From Vicinamibacteria bacterium (GTDB lineage Bacteria > Acidobacteriota > Vicinamibacteria > Vicinamibacterales > UBA8438): a stretch of DNA of 64,000 bases. A program made the position numbers and the translations under genes. Position 1 is the first letter of the stretch; every line of letters begins with the position of its first letter. The notes beneath the pieces are model-generated. The model had not been told where the DNA came from and did no database searches. It saw only the letters and a program-made list of their open reading frames with translations. This document shows, piece after piece, positions 16,307-27,174 of this stretch. Location of the stretch: the NCBI GenBank assembly GCA_963578805.1, contig CAUZDY010000004.1, forward strand, positions 53,759-117,758, written 5' to 3'.

Positions 16307-17290
16307 CTAGGCTGAGCCCTTTGAATTGGCCTTTGGCACTGGAGCCGTCATCCTAAGCGCTCGGGCGACCATTCGCGTTGGATCGGACCGAGACAACGCC
16401 CCACCACGCTCCGACCAGACGCGGGTCGCAGACGCCGCCGTATCTCGACAGACCCGAAGAAGCGACTCCCGTTTACCAACGTACTGACTATGCAGATCAC
16501 GGCAGTCGCGGTTAAGGGTAAGTCTCAATGACTCGAGGGCGGCATGCAAGAGTAGGTCGTCAGCGTCGTCTGTCGACACCGTGAGATCTTGAATCAGCCT
16601 ACCGAGCACCTCGAGGTCATGTAACCGACCGAGAACTTCCTGGGCCTCCTTGAGCTCCCGCACTGCCTCCCGTGTCCGAACTTTCCCGGTATCCCTGGCC
16701 AACTCAAGCGTATAGCGCAGCTTCTTTGTCGCGATTCGGACGCGATGAACTCGGTCAGAGACGTAAAGTGAACCAGCTTCGCCAATGGCGCGCTGAACCC
16801 CTTCGGATCGACGTTCCATCCGGACGGCTAACATCTGCACCCACCCGCCGGTCTGCTGGCGAATTCCAAGGACTCTGGCAACGTCGGCGAGATCACGTTC
16901 AAGCTTGCACACATTGAGCGACGACAGGCGGTCAAGCATCCGTTCACGCTGCTCCTGGCGTTGATCCTGCAAGTGCTGCTGTAGACGCCAACCAGACGCA
17001 GTGTCAACGCTACCAGCCTGAATGATTTCTTCGGCCACACCGATTGACACGTCGATCTCGCGAACGTCGCCCAGAATCTTCCCCAAGCGACGTACTCGAC
17101 GCAGCGCCCTATTGGCTACCCCACCAGGCACCTCACAGGCACACAGCGGTAGAATCTCCCGGAGCCGACGAGTGGCTACGCGGCCTTTGTGAAGCGACTC
17201 GATCTCGCCCTTGAGTGCCCTGGGAAGGTGTTTGCTTAGAGCACGCAGCAGTCGCTCCACGGGTCGTCGTAAAGGCTGTGAGACAGTCAT
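16307..17290 (-). CDS. CHAD-domain (polyphosphate-binding) protein
   Basis: LHKGRVATRRLRE, HRVRIATKKLRYTLE, QEVLGRLHDLEV. Confidence 0.92.
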   Translation of the reverse strand: MTVSQPLRRPVERLLRALSKHLPRALKGEIESLHKGRVATRRLREILPLCACEVPGGVANRALRRVRRLGKILGDVREIDVSIGVAEEIIQAGSVDTASGWRLQQHLQDQRQEQRERMLDRLSSLNVCKLERDLADVARVLGIRQQTGGWVQMLAVRMERRSEGVQRAIGEAGSLYVSDRVHRVRIATKKLRYTLELARDTGKVRTREAVRELKEAQEVLGRLHDLEVLGRLIQDLTVSTDDADDLLLHAALESLRLTLNRDCRDLHSQYVGKRESLLRVCRDTAASATRVWSERGGALSRSDPTRMVARALRMTAPVPKANSKGSA

Positions 17291-17353
17291 GATAGGATGT
17301 CCAGCCGGGTCAACTCACGCTCGCCAGAGAGTCGTTGATCTTATCGAAACTCC

Positions 17354-17524
17354 ATGAGAATAACCGCTACCGACATCTGCGTGAACTCGCTGCACATGAT
17401 CGTCGCACAGCTACTTTCTGACCGATTCTTGGAAGTCGTCGATCGTGAGAGACACAACGCCGGTCCGCCGAATCGGCGAGGAACCAACCGTCGAAAGATG
17501 CCCGCGGTGAAGCCCGGACGGTGA
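17354..17524 (+). pseudogene. ppx: 5' remnant of Ppx/GppA exopolyphosphatase
   Basis: Manual translation MRITATDICVNSLHMIVAQLLSDRFLEVVDRER matches the Ppx N-terminus (..AAIDIG.NS.HMIV......EV.DREK), then unrelated sequence and stop after 56 aa. Confidence 0.75.
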
Positions 17525-18399
17525 TGCGTAAGGTTGCTGTGAGCTTGGTAATCGGATTTCTCCTGACTGTGGCTCGACCGAGCACACAGAACCGTCCTCT
17601 CGTAGCCTCTGGGGCGACGGTCGAGCGCCTTGCCAGCGGATTCGGGTTCCTTGAAGGACCGACCGCAGATATAAATGACAACCTCTATTTCTCGGACATC
17701 CAGAATGAACGTATCCATCGCTGGACACCCGGCAATAGCATTTCGACGTTTCGGGAGGCCACGGGTCGGGCGAACGGTCTCCGATTCACCCCCGATGGCC
17801 AGCTCTTAATCTGTGAGATGGGCAACCGTCGAGTGACCGCAATCGACGCGAACGGTCAAATGTCGATTCTGGCCGACAAGCTCGAGGGGCGGCGATTCAA
17901 TAGTCCCAACGATCTCTGGGTCGATCCGACAGGTGGTGTCTATTTCAGCGACCCACGATACGGCGCTGACGACGACAAGAAAATGGAGGGGGACCACGTC
18001 TATTACATCTCGCCGGATCGAACAAAGATCAGGGACGTCGCTGACGACCTAGTGCGTCCCAATGGCATCGTCGGCACGACGGATGGGAGCCGCCTCTATG
18101 TCGCAGACCACGGCGCTGGACGCACCTACGTGTATACACCGACAGACGACGGCTCCCTGAACGACAAGAGTCTGTTCGCCAGCCAAGGCGCAGACGGAAT
18201 GACCCTGGACGAGATGGGCAATGTCTACCTCACGGGCCAAGACATCACCGTCTACGACCCGAATGGCGTGCAAATCGCATCAATCGCCGTTCCGGAAACT
18301 CCTGCCAACCTGGCATTCGGCGGAGCTAACGGGACCACGCTGTTTCTAACCGCTCGCACGTCGCTCTACGCGGTTGAAATGATCGTCACAGGGCAATGA
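17524..18399 (+). CDS. SMP-30/gluconolactonase family protein, secreted
   Basis: FLEGP, RFNSPNDL, RPNGI, ADGMTLD, PANLAFGG. Confidence 0.92.
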   Translation: MRKVAVSLVIGFLLTVARPSTQNRPLVASGATVERLASGFGFLEGPTADINDNLYFSDIQNERIHRWTPGNSISTFREATGRANGLRFTPDGQLLICEMGNRRVTAIDANGQMSILADKLEGRRFNSPNDLWVDPTGGVYFSDPRYGADDDKKMEGDHVYYISPDRTKIRDVADDLVRPNGIVGTTDGSRLYVADHGAGRTYVYTPTDDGSLNDKSLFASQGADGMTLDEMGNVYLTGQDITVYDPNGVQIASIAVPETPANLAFGGANGTTLFLTARTSLYAVEMIVTGQ

Positions 18400-18437
18400 C
18401 GACGAGCCTGATAGAATGTGCTTCTTAATTCGGGACG

Positions 18438-18650
18438 ATGCCTAGGTCGATCTGTGTGTACTGTCGGCGACAGACCGTTAAGCCAGACTGGCGGCCGTTC
18501 TGTAGCGAGCGCTGCAAGCTACTCGACCTACGAAACTGGACGGATGGAGGGTACAGTGTGCCTTGTGACACGAACTCGTCACTCTCGAGTCAGGGTAGCG
18601 CCTCCGATGACATAGGGGCTGATGACACAGTCTTGGTTTCTGATGACTGA
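18438..18650 (+). CDS. yacG: DNA gyrase inhibitor YacG
   Basis: CVYC...[14 protein letters not shown]. Confidence 0.88.
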   Translation: MPRSICVYCRRQTVKPDWRPFCSERCKLLDLRNWTDGGYSVPCDTNSSLSSQGSASDDIGADDTVLVSDD

Positions 18651-18691
18651 GGTCGAACACGCGGGCAGCTCGGACGCAGGGATGGGAGAGC

Positions 18692-19978
18692 ATGGCTAAT
18701 ACCTTAACGATTACCGACAATCGAACCGGCAAACAGTACGAGGTCCCGATTAGCGACGGGACAATTCGAGCTCTTGACCTTCGCCAGATAAAGGTTGACC
18801 CAGACGAGTTTGGGTTAATGACCTATGACCCCGCGTTCCAGAACACCGCCTCATGTAAGAGCCGCATCACCTTCATCGATGGGGACAAGGGTATCCTTCG
18901 ATACCGTGGGTATCCGATCGAGCAACTGGCAGAAAAGAGCACGTTCGTAGAGACAACGTACCTGCTGCTCAATGGTGAGCTGCCGACCGCATCGCAGCTC
19001 AAGGCGTGGGACACGAAGCTCAGCCTCCACTCAATGCTCCACGAGAACATCAAGATGTTCATGGGTGGATTCCGATACGACGCCCACCCAATGGGGATCT
19101 TTTTGAGCACCGTAGGGGCACTCTCGACGTTCTATCCGGAGGCGAAACGGGTCTATGACGACGAAGCCCGCTACACCCAGGTAGCGAGGTTGATCGCCAA
19201 AGTTCCAAGTATCGCGGGTTATGCCTTCCGCCACAGCATCGGCCAACCATACGTCTACCCGGACCCTGACCTGAGCTTCATCGGAAACTTCCTCTCGATG
19301 CTCTTCAAACGCGTCGAGCCTCGGTATGCGCCTGACCCGATCCTTGAACGCGCGCTCGACGTGTTATTCATACTGCACGCCGACCACGAGCAAAACTGTA
19401 GTACCAGCGTGATGCGCGGCATCGGCAGCTCACAAGCTGACCCGTTCGCGTCACTCGCCGGCGCGGCCGCGGCCCTCTATGGACCACTCCATGGCGGAGC
19501 CAACGAGGCTGTTCTCAAGATGCTGGAGGAAATCGGGACGGTCGACAAGATTCCAGCCTTTGTCAAGAAGGTTAAGGATGGCGAAGGACGGCTCATGGGC
19601 TTTGGGCATCGTGTCTACAAGTCGTACGACCCGCGCGCCAAGGTCATCAAGGACACGGCCTATGACGTATTCGAGGTCACCGGTAAAAACCCCCACCTAG
19701 AAGTGGCGCTCGAGCTTGAACGGATCGCCCTGCAAGACGATTATTTCGTCTCCCGCAAGCTGTATCCGAACGTCGATTTCTACTCCGGTCTCATCTACGA
19801 GGCGATGGGGTTCACACCGGCAATGTTCCCCGTACTCTTCGCTATCGGCCGGACCGTTGGATGGATCGCCCAGTGGGAGGAAATGCTCAAGGACAAGGAC
19901 CAGAGGATCGCACGCCCGCGGCAGGTGTATCTCGGCGAGGATGAACGGGACTTCGTGCCTATCGAGAAACGGGCCTGA
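18692..19978 (+). CDS. gltA: Citrate synthase
   Basis: LHADHEQNCST, GPLHGGANE, LMGFGHRVYK, YPNVDFYSG. Confidence 0.97.
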   Translation: MANTLTITDNRTGKQYEVPISDGTIRALDLRQIKVDPDEFGLMTYDPAFQNTASCKSRITFIDGDKGILRYRGYPIEQLAEKSTFVETTYLLLNGELPTASQLKAWDTKLSLHSMLHENIKMFMGGFRYDAHPMGIFLSTVGALSTFYPEAKRVYDDEARYTQVARLIAKVPSIAGYAFRHSIGQPYVYPDPDLSFIGNFLSMLFKRVEPRYAPDPILERALDVLFILHADHEQNCSTSVMRGIGSSQADPFASLAGAAAALYGPLHGGANEAVLKMLEEIGTVDKIPAFVKKVKDGEGRLMGFGHRVYKSYDPRAKVIKDTAYDVFEVTGKNPHLEVALELERIALQDDYFVSRKLYPNVDFYSGLIYEAMGFTPAMFPVLFAIGRTVGWIAQWEEMLKDKDQRIARPRQVYLGEDERDFVPIEKRA

Positions 19979-20073
19979 TTATCGGCTCGACGTATCGAGC
20001 GCCGGGAGGCGCCTCGCGCTCGCTCGTCGTGGCGATACCGTTCCAGCCGCACCAATGCTGCCGGTCGCGAACT

Positions 20074-20346
20074 TCACCAAAAGCGTAACCGATACACAAG
20101 CAGTACGCCGGCCACGCCCAATATGAGCCAGACGGTCGGCGAGGTGGACTGCGCTTCCGAGGCACGCGTCAGAAAGACACCAACGACGGCAAAGAATACG
20201 GCGGCCAGTAAAAACGGCTTAGTTTTCCGCGCACGTCGGGGCGCCACCTCGACCTGGCGACGGACTGGCTCTACGGTGGCAACACCACACCTGAAACAGA
20301 TGAGCGCCTTGTCGTCAATCTCTGTCTGGCAGTTCTTGCACTGCAT
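20074..20346 (-). CDS. Small zinc-ribbon membrane protein
   Basis: CKNC...CFRCG then two hydrophobic helices. Confidence 0.7.
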   Translation of the reverse strand: MQCKNCQTEIDDKALICFRCGVATVEPVRRQVEVAPRRARKTKPFLLAAVFFAVVGVFLTRASEAQSTSPTVWLILGVAGVLLVYRLRFW

Positions 20347-20369
20347 CGTGGAAGCAAGTCGCATTCCGA

Positions 20370-21359
20370 TCAACCGGCGATAGTTCGCCGGCGGATCTCA
20401 TGAGACACGCGAGCTAACTCGATAAGAAGCCGCTCCAGCTCACGTTTGTAGGCCGCGGCCTCGAGTTCATCCCTACGGCTTCGTAGATCGGCCACCTGGT
20501 TCTCAAGGTCGTTACGGTGCTCAACGAGTGGTACCAGTGACGGGTCGCTCCTGGTTGGCGGTGGACCAACACCCGCACCCACAAACACCCGGGCAGCAAT
20601 AACGCCGTCATGGCCGTCTTTCCCTGCTTCACGTCCGGAACCATCGCCACTGTCATCGAGAATCGCTCGCTCGGTCGCCAACCGTCCCCGGCGCTGATAC
20701 CACTGTCGGACTTCTTCACTCGTGTATGCAAAGGCCTCCCAGACCGAGACACGACCATCTCTATCGGCATCAGCCGATTCGTGGGTCAGCGACCTGACAA
20801 AAAACTCTGGAAACACGGTGTCATACCGCTGGGCCGACGTCGCAGTGGCCGCAATGACGATACGACCTGGACGAGCAAGCTGTTTTACGAACGGATAACT
20901 CGCAGCGGTGGTATTGACGAAAACGGTCCGACCTGGACACGCGTCCAGGAGCGCCGCCCACTCCCGCGACTCAAGATCTGGACCGACAAGGTTGAACTTG
21001 GCGTCGACACCATCATAGGTGCCGTGGCCCATCAGCACGACCAGGAGGACCGACTTGGCGGTCATCTGGGCACTGAGGTCTCTCAACGCCTGGGTCACCC
21101 CTTCCCGGGACGCCCGTCCAACCCCTGGGCCTGGCGTCTCACCGAGGAGGATCAAGTGATCGTCGCTGAACTCACCCTGGTCGCGCAACGCCGATACCAG
21201 ATCTTGCCCCCAGCGCTCGTAGGTCTCAACGTATGTTCCTCCACCCGATGCACCGACCACGATCAAGGTAAAGTAGTCGTCGGCAGACGCTGCCGGAGTC
21301 CCCCCGAGAGTCATCGCAACCCAGAGTACGGCCACCCCGAACGCCTGCTGTCTCTTCAC
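20370..21359 (-). CDS. Secreted caspase/C13 (clan CD)-fold protein with C-terminal coiled coil
   Basis: VVLMGHG His motif, DADRDGRVSVWEAF; no Cys at the expected catalytic position (FVNTTAAS); GAGGT before GTG. Confidence 0.65.
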   Translation of the reverse strand: MKRQQAFGVAVLWVAMTLGGTPAASADDYFTLIVVGASGGGTYVETYERWGQDLVSALRDQGEFSDDHLILLGETPGPGVGRASREGVTQALRDLSAQMTAKSVLLVVLMGHGTYDGVDAKFNLVGPDLESREWAALLDACPGRTVFVNTTAASYPFVKQLARPGRIVIAATATSAQRYDTVFPEFFVRSLTHESADADRDGRVSVWEAFAYTSEEVRQWYQRRGRLATERAILDDSGDGSGREAGKDGHDGVIAARVFVGAGVGPPPTRSDPSLVPLVEHRNDLENQVADLRSRRDELEAAAYKRELERLLIELARVSHEIRRRTIAG

Positions 21360-21364
21360 GTCGG

Positions 21365-23584
21365 CTACCTCAAGCCCCATGCACGCCGGAGGGACCACTC
21401 GCTCGATAACAGCAACATGACCAAAAGGAAGCTCCAGATGCTATGCCACAGCTCGCGAGTCTGCTCATGGACACCTGACGCGGTCGATAGAAGACGCTGC
21501 GAGAGGGTTGGGAGATCGGCAAGCGTCAACAGGTCACCACCCGTGGCATCGGCGAGCCGCTGAAGGAGGCCGACGTCGAGCCTGGGATCGGCAAACTCGG
21601 TGTCCACTCCACCCACTAGCACCCACTCGGTCGCCGAACCCAGCCGCGTCTCGCGACGATCGGCCGAGACCTCGACTCGATAGACACCAGACATGCCGGC
21701 CTCGAAGCTGGCCGTATACCGGCCCTCGCCAGCATCAACGAGTACAGGGCTGACCGTCGAGTGGCGACCTTCTGGAGTTCGAATCGTGACATCCGGATCG
21801 GCGCCAACGACTGGCCGATACAAGTCATCTCTCAAGTAGATATCGAGCCGCACGATATCACCCGGTGCCTGCGCGCCCTGCGCCGAGACGGTCACGGGGC
21901 CGGACGCGCCGGCACTCAGCCAACGCGCTGCCTGGCCCCAGAATCTCTCATAAGTGCGGTCCGCGGCCGGCTGCAACATCTTCCACCGCCACGCCGCCTC
22001 ACCCGCGAACACCATTGACCGTCCGCGACCGTAACGCTGGATCGCGACCAAGGGACGAATGTCGCCACCGGGCCCTGGCACGACCGCCAGCACCGACGCT
22101 CCAGGTTTCGACCGCCCCAGAGCGACACTGCCACCCAGCGGCGGCAGCTGCTCCCACCGCTCACGCGTCTCGGTCACTGTGCCTCCGATCTGCATGATCG
22201 GATGGATAAGCCCATCGCTCGTTACGATCGCTCTGTCCAGTTCAGCGTCAGCGACTGGGGACTCCCTCGATAGGCCTCGTGGCGACAGGTCCAGCGGGAG
22301 CACGGCCTCGAGTGGTGAGTCCACCAAGCCCGGTCCGGTCAGCGACAGTGATCCAAGCAGTAACAGACCGCCCCCTCGGTCTTCAATAAACGCGGCGGTA
22401 AGATCCAACTGAGCCGGATCAAGAGACTCAGCCTCGACATTCGCAAGAATGACCGCATCGTATTGAAACAACGTGAGTCGGTCGACCGGGTACCCCGCAC
22501 CCAGGGCAGCGGTCCGCTGTGCGTCACCCTGAATATAAAAAGTGTGTTCGCCCTTGTCATTCTGTCCCTTCCGGACGACTGCGTCGAGCGCAATGCCCTG
22601 GTCGCGGTTCCAGGCCCGCTTCAAGAAGGTGTGCTCATACCCCGGGGCCCCTTCAACCATTAGAAGACGGAGCGGACGCCTCGGCGGCTGCACGAGCACA
22701 CTTCGCCAGTTGTTCTCAATTGCCAGTTCACCAGCTTCGGGGTCGATGTCGACGGTGTACAGCGTGACGCCGTCGGATTTGGGTGAGGCCTGAAACACAG
22801 CTCGTATGGGAACCCCGTTGTCACGTGGTGTCACGCGGCGGACCTCAACCAACTGCCCGTCTTCCAGTAACTTGATCTCGAACGGCTCCAGCCCGCGTCC
22901 ATGACTAACCACCGAGACATCGATATCGACGACGGACTCGGCCGCCGGCGCAGCGCCAGCGGTGAGACCGGTCACCTGGAGATCGCGTGTCAGTCGTGTG
23001 GAGCCAATCCCGACGGTATAGACGGGAAAGCCAATTTCCGCCGCTACGTCGGCAATCTCGCGTCCCGACGTGTCCCCGCCGTCCGTCACTAGCACCAAAC
23101 CGGCAACCATCCGTGACGCGTATCGTTGTTCGACCTCGGTAAGTGCTCTGAGAAAGTCACTGCGGTCCCCATCGGGTTCCAGCGATGCGAGTGCGGTGAC
23201 GTTGGACTGACGGATGTCGTCACTGAGGGTGAGGACATCGACCTGAAACTCGGTCTCCACCGACGGGAGGATCTGTTCTCGAATGACCGCGATAGCACGA
23301 TCGATCCGACGACCCTCTGTCGCATCAGTCAACCGCATACTGCGTGACGCGTCAACAAGAACCGGAACCACCGCTTCCAGCATCGCGGCAGGCTCAGTCG
23401 AAACAGGTTTCAGCAGGAAGAGTATGAGGAGCAACAGCGACGTGATACGAAGACCTCCAAGAATGCTCCGCTGACGCCACGACAGCAGCATATCCGGCTG
23501 TCCGTAAGCGGCGTAGACGACGAGGCAGGCGCCAGCAGAGAGAGCAATGAGCACCCACCATGCGGGTGCGGTGGCCAGACTCAT
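21365..23584 (-). CDS. Membrane protein with vWA and class I GATase-like (DUF1355-like) domains
   Basis: VDASRSM MIDAS, VTDGGD, GGGLLLLG, YGRGR...WRW, terminal EW.LRR.WGL. Confidence 0.82.
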   Translation of the reverse strand: MSLATAPAWWVLIALSAGACLVVYAAYGQPDMLLSWRQRSILGGLRITSLLLLILFLLKPVSTEPAAMLEAVVPVLVDASRSMRLTDATEGRRIDRAIAVIREQILPSVETEFQVDVLTLSDDIRQSNVTALASLEPDGDRSDFLRALTEVEQRYASRMVAGLVLVTDGGDTSGREIADVAAEIGFPVYTVGIGSTRLTRDLQVTGLTAGAAPAAESVVDIDVSVVSHGRGLEPFEIKLLEDGQLVEVRRVTPRDNGVPIRAVFQASPKSDGVTLYTVDIDPEAGELAIENNWRSVLVQPPRRPLRLLMVEGAPGYEHTFLKRAWNRDQGIALDAVVRKGQNDKGEHTFYIQGDAQRTAALGAGYPVDRLTLFQYDAVILANVEAESLDPAQLDLTAAFIEDRGGGLLLLGSLSLTGPGLVDSPLEAVLPLDLSPRGLSRESPVADAELDRAIVTSDGLIHPIMQIGGTVTETRERWEQLPPLGGSVALGRSKPGASVLAVVPGPGGDIRPLVAIQRYGRGRSMVFAGEAAWRWKMLQPAADRTYERFWGQAARWLSAGASGPVTVSAQGAQAPGDIVRLDIYLRDDLYRPVVGADPDVTIRTPEGRHSTVSPVLVDAGEGRYTASFEAGMSGVYRVEVSADRRETRLGSATEWVLVGGVDTEFADPRLDVGLLQRLADATGGDLLTLADLPTLSQRLLSTASGVHEQTRELWHSIWSFLLVMLLLSSEWSLRRAWGLR

Positions 23585-23630
23585 GGCTTCGATATGGTTG
23601 CAAGCGCAGGCCAGTCAGATGCAAGTGTCG

Positions 23631-26600
23631 TCACGGGAGCTCCGATTGAATCGCGAGCGATTGATAGTAGCGCTCGACGAGTCGGCGGTACGCGTCAGGC
23701 ATCTGCTCGCTCGGACCGACGGTTAGGCGACCTCCGATTTCTTCCTCGCGCAGGTCACGCACGCGCGACGCCTCGAAGGCCTCCAACACCACCCAGATGT
23801 CGTCACGAAGGCTCTCCCAGGCGGATAAGTCCTGCTTAGCAGTCTCGGTTCCAGAAACCATCCCGCTTCGCCACTGTTTGGCCCACTGTTCGAGGTCCTG
23901 CTCGGCTCCGGGACGCTGGCGCCTCAGCTGCTCAAGCAACTGTGTCGACTGCGCCAGCTGTCGTATCAATCTCTCCTGCAGCATGACTAACTCACGATCC
24001 TTATTAGAACTGCCTTGTCCCAACGATGGTGAACCATCTGAGCGAGACGGTAAACCGGCCTCGACCGACTCGCCACCTTGTGACTCGGCCGGGGCGTCCT
24101 GAGCCGAACCGACGGGGGCGGAGGGCCTCCGTAGCTGCGCTTCGATCTCGTTGAGAGTTCGTCGTAACACCTGTGCCTCTCGTAGTTCTTCGGCCAGACT
24201 CTGAGCGCTCGCACTCTGCGCTCGTGCCGAAGCCAGACGCTCTGCAACCTGGTCGAGCACCTCGGCAAGGGCACCGATGTCGGCCGCAATCGCTTCAGTC
24301 TCACCATCTCTCTCGGCGTCAGACGACTCGAACGGCGTAGCCGGTTGACGGAGTCGGTTCGCCACTTCGCGTGTTGCTTCCGCCACGTTCGCCGTCCGAA
24401 GTTTCTCGATCGCGTCACGTAACGCCTGTTGCACATCCTCGAACGTTCGGGGGAGCAGGTCCTGCATCTGATCTTCAAGCGACTCGATCCGATCGGCCAG
24501 CTGATCGCCACGCGCGGCCAGCCCGGTGCGGGTCTCATCCGCCGGCAGGCCAAGTTCAGACTGACGGGTATCCGACGCCATCTGGCGCTGCTGGTCCCTC
24601 AGTTGCCTGGCCTCTCGCTGAAACTCACCAACCGCTGCACGCTCTGCTCCAGCGGATCGGCTCTCCATCTGCCGCTGCAGATCCTGCAGTCGCTCGGCCG
24701 CTTGCTGACCCTGACGTGCCGCCTGGGAGGTATCCCCTCGACGCAGATCATTCGTCGCTCTACGCATCCGTTCCGAGACCTCGGTCGCGCCGGACGGCTG
24801 CTGCGTCCGACCACTCGGTTTAAGTCGTTCGAGGTCGTGAGCCAGTGCTTCGAGTTCGACACGAAGCTGGTTCTGCTCGCGGGTGAGCCGGTCGAGTTGC
24901 CGTCGACGGTCAGCGTCAGCCATGTCGGTTTCCGACTCAGCCAGCGAAACCTGGTCGCGGCTCAGGTCCTGCTGACGTTTGGCGAGCTCCCGTAGACGTT
25001 GCCGCACATCGCTCTCGTTACTCGCGTTGTCAGACTTCGACGATGGTGGACCGGTTTCGTAGTTCGTCTGTTGGTCCCGGCGAAGCTCCTGGTCGAATAA
25101 CGCGGATAGATCTTCGCGCGCCTGGTTCTCATTACGTCCACCCGCACCATTCTTCTGAGTACTCACTTGCCTCCGACGAACGTCGGCTTCGGCTCTAAGG
25201 AGATAGTTAAGCGCGTCCATCTCAAACGGAACCGCTCGACTCGTCTCGTCAGCTCGTAGCCTGAGTTCAGCCTCAGTCATGGCCGCCACTGCATTGCGAA
25301 GCGCCTGAACCTCAGCGCTGGATCGACCGCGGGCCCGGGGAGTGCCACGCTGGTCACGCGCCAGCAACCGTTGTGCCAGTCTTGACGTGGCCCATCTGAG
25401 TTCCTCCTGGGTATTAGCGACCGAGTCGACATCGGCGGTGCGGCGTGCCCCTACCGCCTGGCGGTCGAGCCTCCAGGTCGCCACAATGATCTCTTTCTGC
25501 AACACAACGATGTCGTCTAGTGCGGTCGCATCCATTGATAACGTTGACTGGCTCTGGGCGTCTTCGAATTCCTGGTTAAAGGGACGCACTTGCAAAAAGT
25601 AGATATCACTCCGGACCTCTCCGGCCCCCTCGCCGGTATTCGTGTCCAGTGCCCGCGCGTAGTAGCTAATAAAGTCACCCGGCTCTAAAACGAGCTCTTC
25701 AAGGTAGACTGTGTAGCGACCGTTCGCACTCCGCTGCGATCCGCTGGGCAACAGGTCCACGGATCGTTCTGATTGACCAACCACGGCGTACACCAACTCG
25801 AAGCGCTGGAGACCGAAGTCGTCACGGGCACGCGCCTCGATCACCACCTCCTCGAGGGGGGTGACGTCCAGGTCGCCACCGGGTCGGGTGATTTCAACCT
25901 CCGGCGGTCGGTCAAGCACGGTTCGAATGAAGTAGTCGATGTCCGCTGGGCTCGACAGACCGTTGTTGTCGACTAGTGCGACCCGATAGGAATCGTCGCT
26001 TAACACCGTAAACGATGTCTGAAGCGTGCGCTCATCCAGCACGACGAGCGGCATCCAACCGCCTGCCTCCAGGTCAAGACGACCTCGCCTAACCGGTTCA
26101 TCTGTGTACACCGTGAGCGTCACCTGCGTTCCGGAGGGGGCATAGATGTCGCCACCGTCTGTCTCAACACGCGGCGGCAGTTTGGTGAACGCTGGATACT
26201 GGTAGGCAACGTCAATTTGGTCAACCCCTGGCGGAAACAGTGTCTTGACGCTGAACTCGTCGGACACAAGAATTGCGGCGTTGACCCGGTAGGTGAAATC
26301 AGCAGTGACTAGCGGCACCACCGCCCTATACCCACCGTCTGTCGCCTCCATGTCAAGGGTACGGGTTTGACCATCCACATCGGTGACCATCACCGAAAGC
26401 GGCGTCCGAGACGGTTTACCGATCGCACCCTCTAGCCGAGCCATAATCGGCACCGACTCACCGGCAACGACCCGCGTGTCACCCGGCTCAATTTCCAGCG
26501 TGACGGTGTAGGGGAAGGCGTAAAGCCATGTGGTTTGAGCGATCCGGCGCAAGGGACCACTTCCAGCGGTCAAAACGACCAGAAACGCGAGGGTCGTGGC

Positions 26601-27056
26601 GGCACCCCGCAGGATCGACCCTCGAACCTGATTCCATGAGACGATGCGGTCGACGTCGATAGACCGTGCCTTTGCTGCTGCGTCGACTAGGACGAGTCCA
26701 CCAAGCGCCGACGACTGACCCGACCCGACGATTTGGGTCGCACTCGCCAGTCGATCCTCGAGGTGTGGACACTGCTCTTCGATAAAGCGCGCGACTTGCG
26801 TGTCACTCGGGATCCGTCGCAACGACCACAGCGTGCTGACCGTAAAGGTTAGCGCACAGGCACACGCTGCGATCGCCAGGACAACCATCGTGAAGTCTGC
26901 GGGCTCGAGGAAATGATCAGTGGCCAGAACGACCACTAAGAGCACCAGCCAGACGCCCGCCGCGCGGGCACCCGCCTGTATCGAGTTCGCCGTAATCCAG
27001 CGCCGCCGAACCCGGGTCAGCAGAGCGCGAAGGTCGTCAAGAGAGGATTGCTCCAC
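23631..27056 (-). CDS. DUF4175-like membrane-anchored Ig-like plus long coiled-coil protein
   Basis: N-terminal TMs, D.PPEV.I..P, ARDDFGL, Gln-rich coiled coil, C-terminal P..YRRLVERYY..L. Confidence 0.8.
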   Translation of the reverse strand: MEQSSLDDLRALLTRVRRRWITANSIQAGARAAGVWLVLLVVVLATDHFLEPADFTMVVLAIAACACALTFTVSTLWSLRRIPSDTQVARFIEEQCPHLEDRLASATQIVGSGQSSALGGLVLVDAAAKARSIDVDRIVSWNQVRGSILRGAATTLAFLVVLTAGSGPLRRIAQTTWLYAFPYTVTLEIEPGDTRVVAGESVPIMARLEGAIGKPSRTPLSVMVTDVDGQTRTLDMEATDGGYRAVVPLVTADFTYRVNAAILVSDEFSVKTLFPPGVDQIDVAYQYPAFTKLPPRVETDGGDIYAPSGTQVTLTVYTDEPVRRGRLDLEAGGWMPLVVLDERTLQTSFTVLSDDSYRVALVDNNGLSSPADIDYFIRTVLDRPPEVEITRPGGDLDVTPLEEVVIEARARDDFGLQRFELVYAVVGQSERSVDLLPSGSQRSANGRYTVYLEELVLEPGDFISYYARALDTNTGEGAGEVRSDIYFLQVRPFNQEFEDAQSQSTLSMDATALDDIVVLQKEIIVATWRLDRQAVGARRTADVDSVANTQEELRWATSRLAQRLLARDQRGTPRARGRSSAEVQALRNAVAAMTEAELRLRADETSRAVPFEMDALNYLLRAEADVRRRQVSTQKNGAGGRNENQAREDLSALFDQELRRDQQTNYETGPPSSKSDNASNESDVRQRLRELAKRQQDLSRDQVSLAESETDMADADRRRQLDRLTREQNQLRVELEALAHDLERLKPSGRTQQPSGATEVSERMRRATNDLRRGDTSQAARQGQQAAERLQDLQRQMESRSAGAERAAVGEFQREARQLRDQQRQMASDTRQSELGLPADETRTGLAARGDQLADRIESLEDQMQDLLPRTFEDVQQALRDAIEKLRTANVAEATREVANRLRQPATPFESSDAERDGETEAIAADIGALAEVLDQVAERLASARAQSASAQSLAEELREAQVLRRTLNEIEAQLRRPSAPVGSAQDAPAESQGGESVEAGLPSRSDGSPSLGQGSSNKDRELVMLQERLIRQLAQSTQLLEQLRRQRPGAEQDLEQWAKQWRSGMVSGTETAKQDLSAWESLRDDIWVVLEAFEASRVRDLREEEIGGRLTVGPSEQMPDAYRRLVERYYQSLAIQSELP

Positions 27057-27174
27057 GAAATATCCACCCCTCCCTTAATTATTGCTCAGAAAAGAGTTAG
27101 GTCGCCAGGTAGAAGGACAGCCCAACAGCACGGTATTGTCTCACGCGTTAAGACGGCGAGCAAACGAGAAATGG

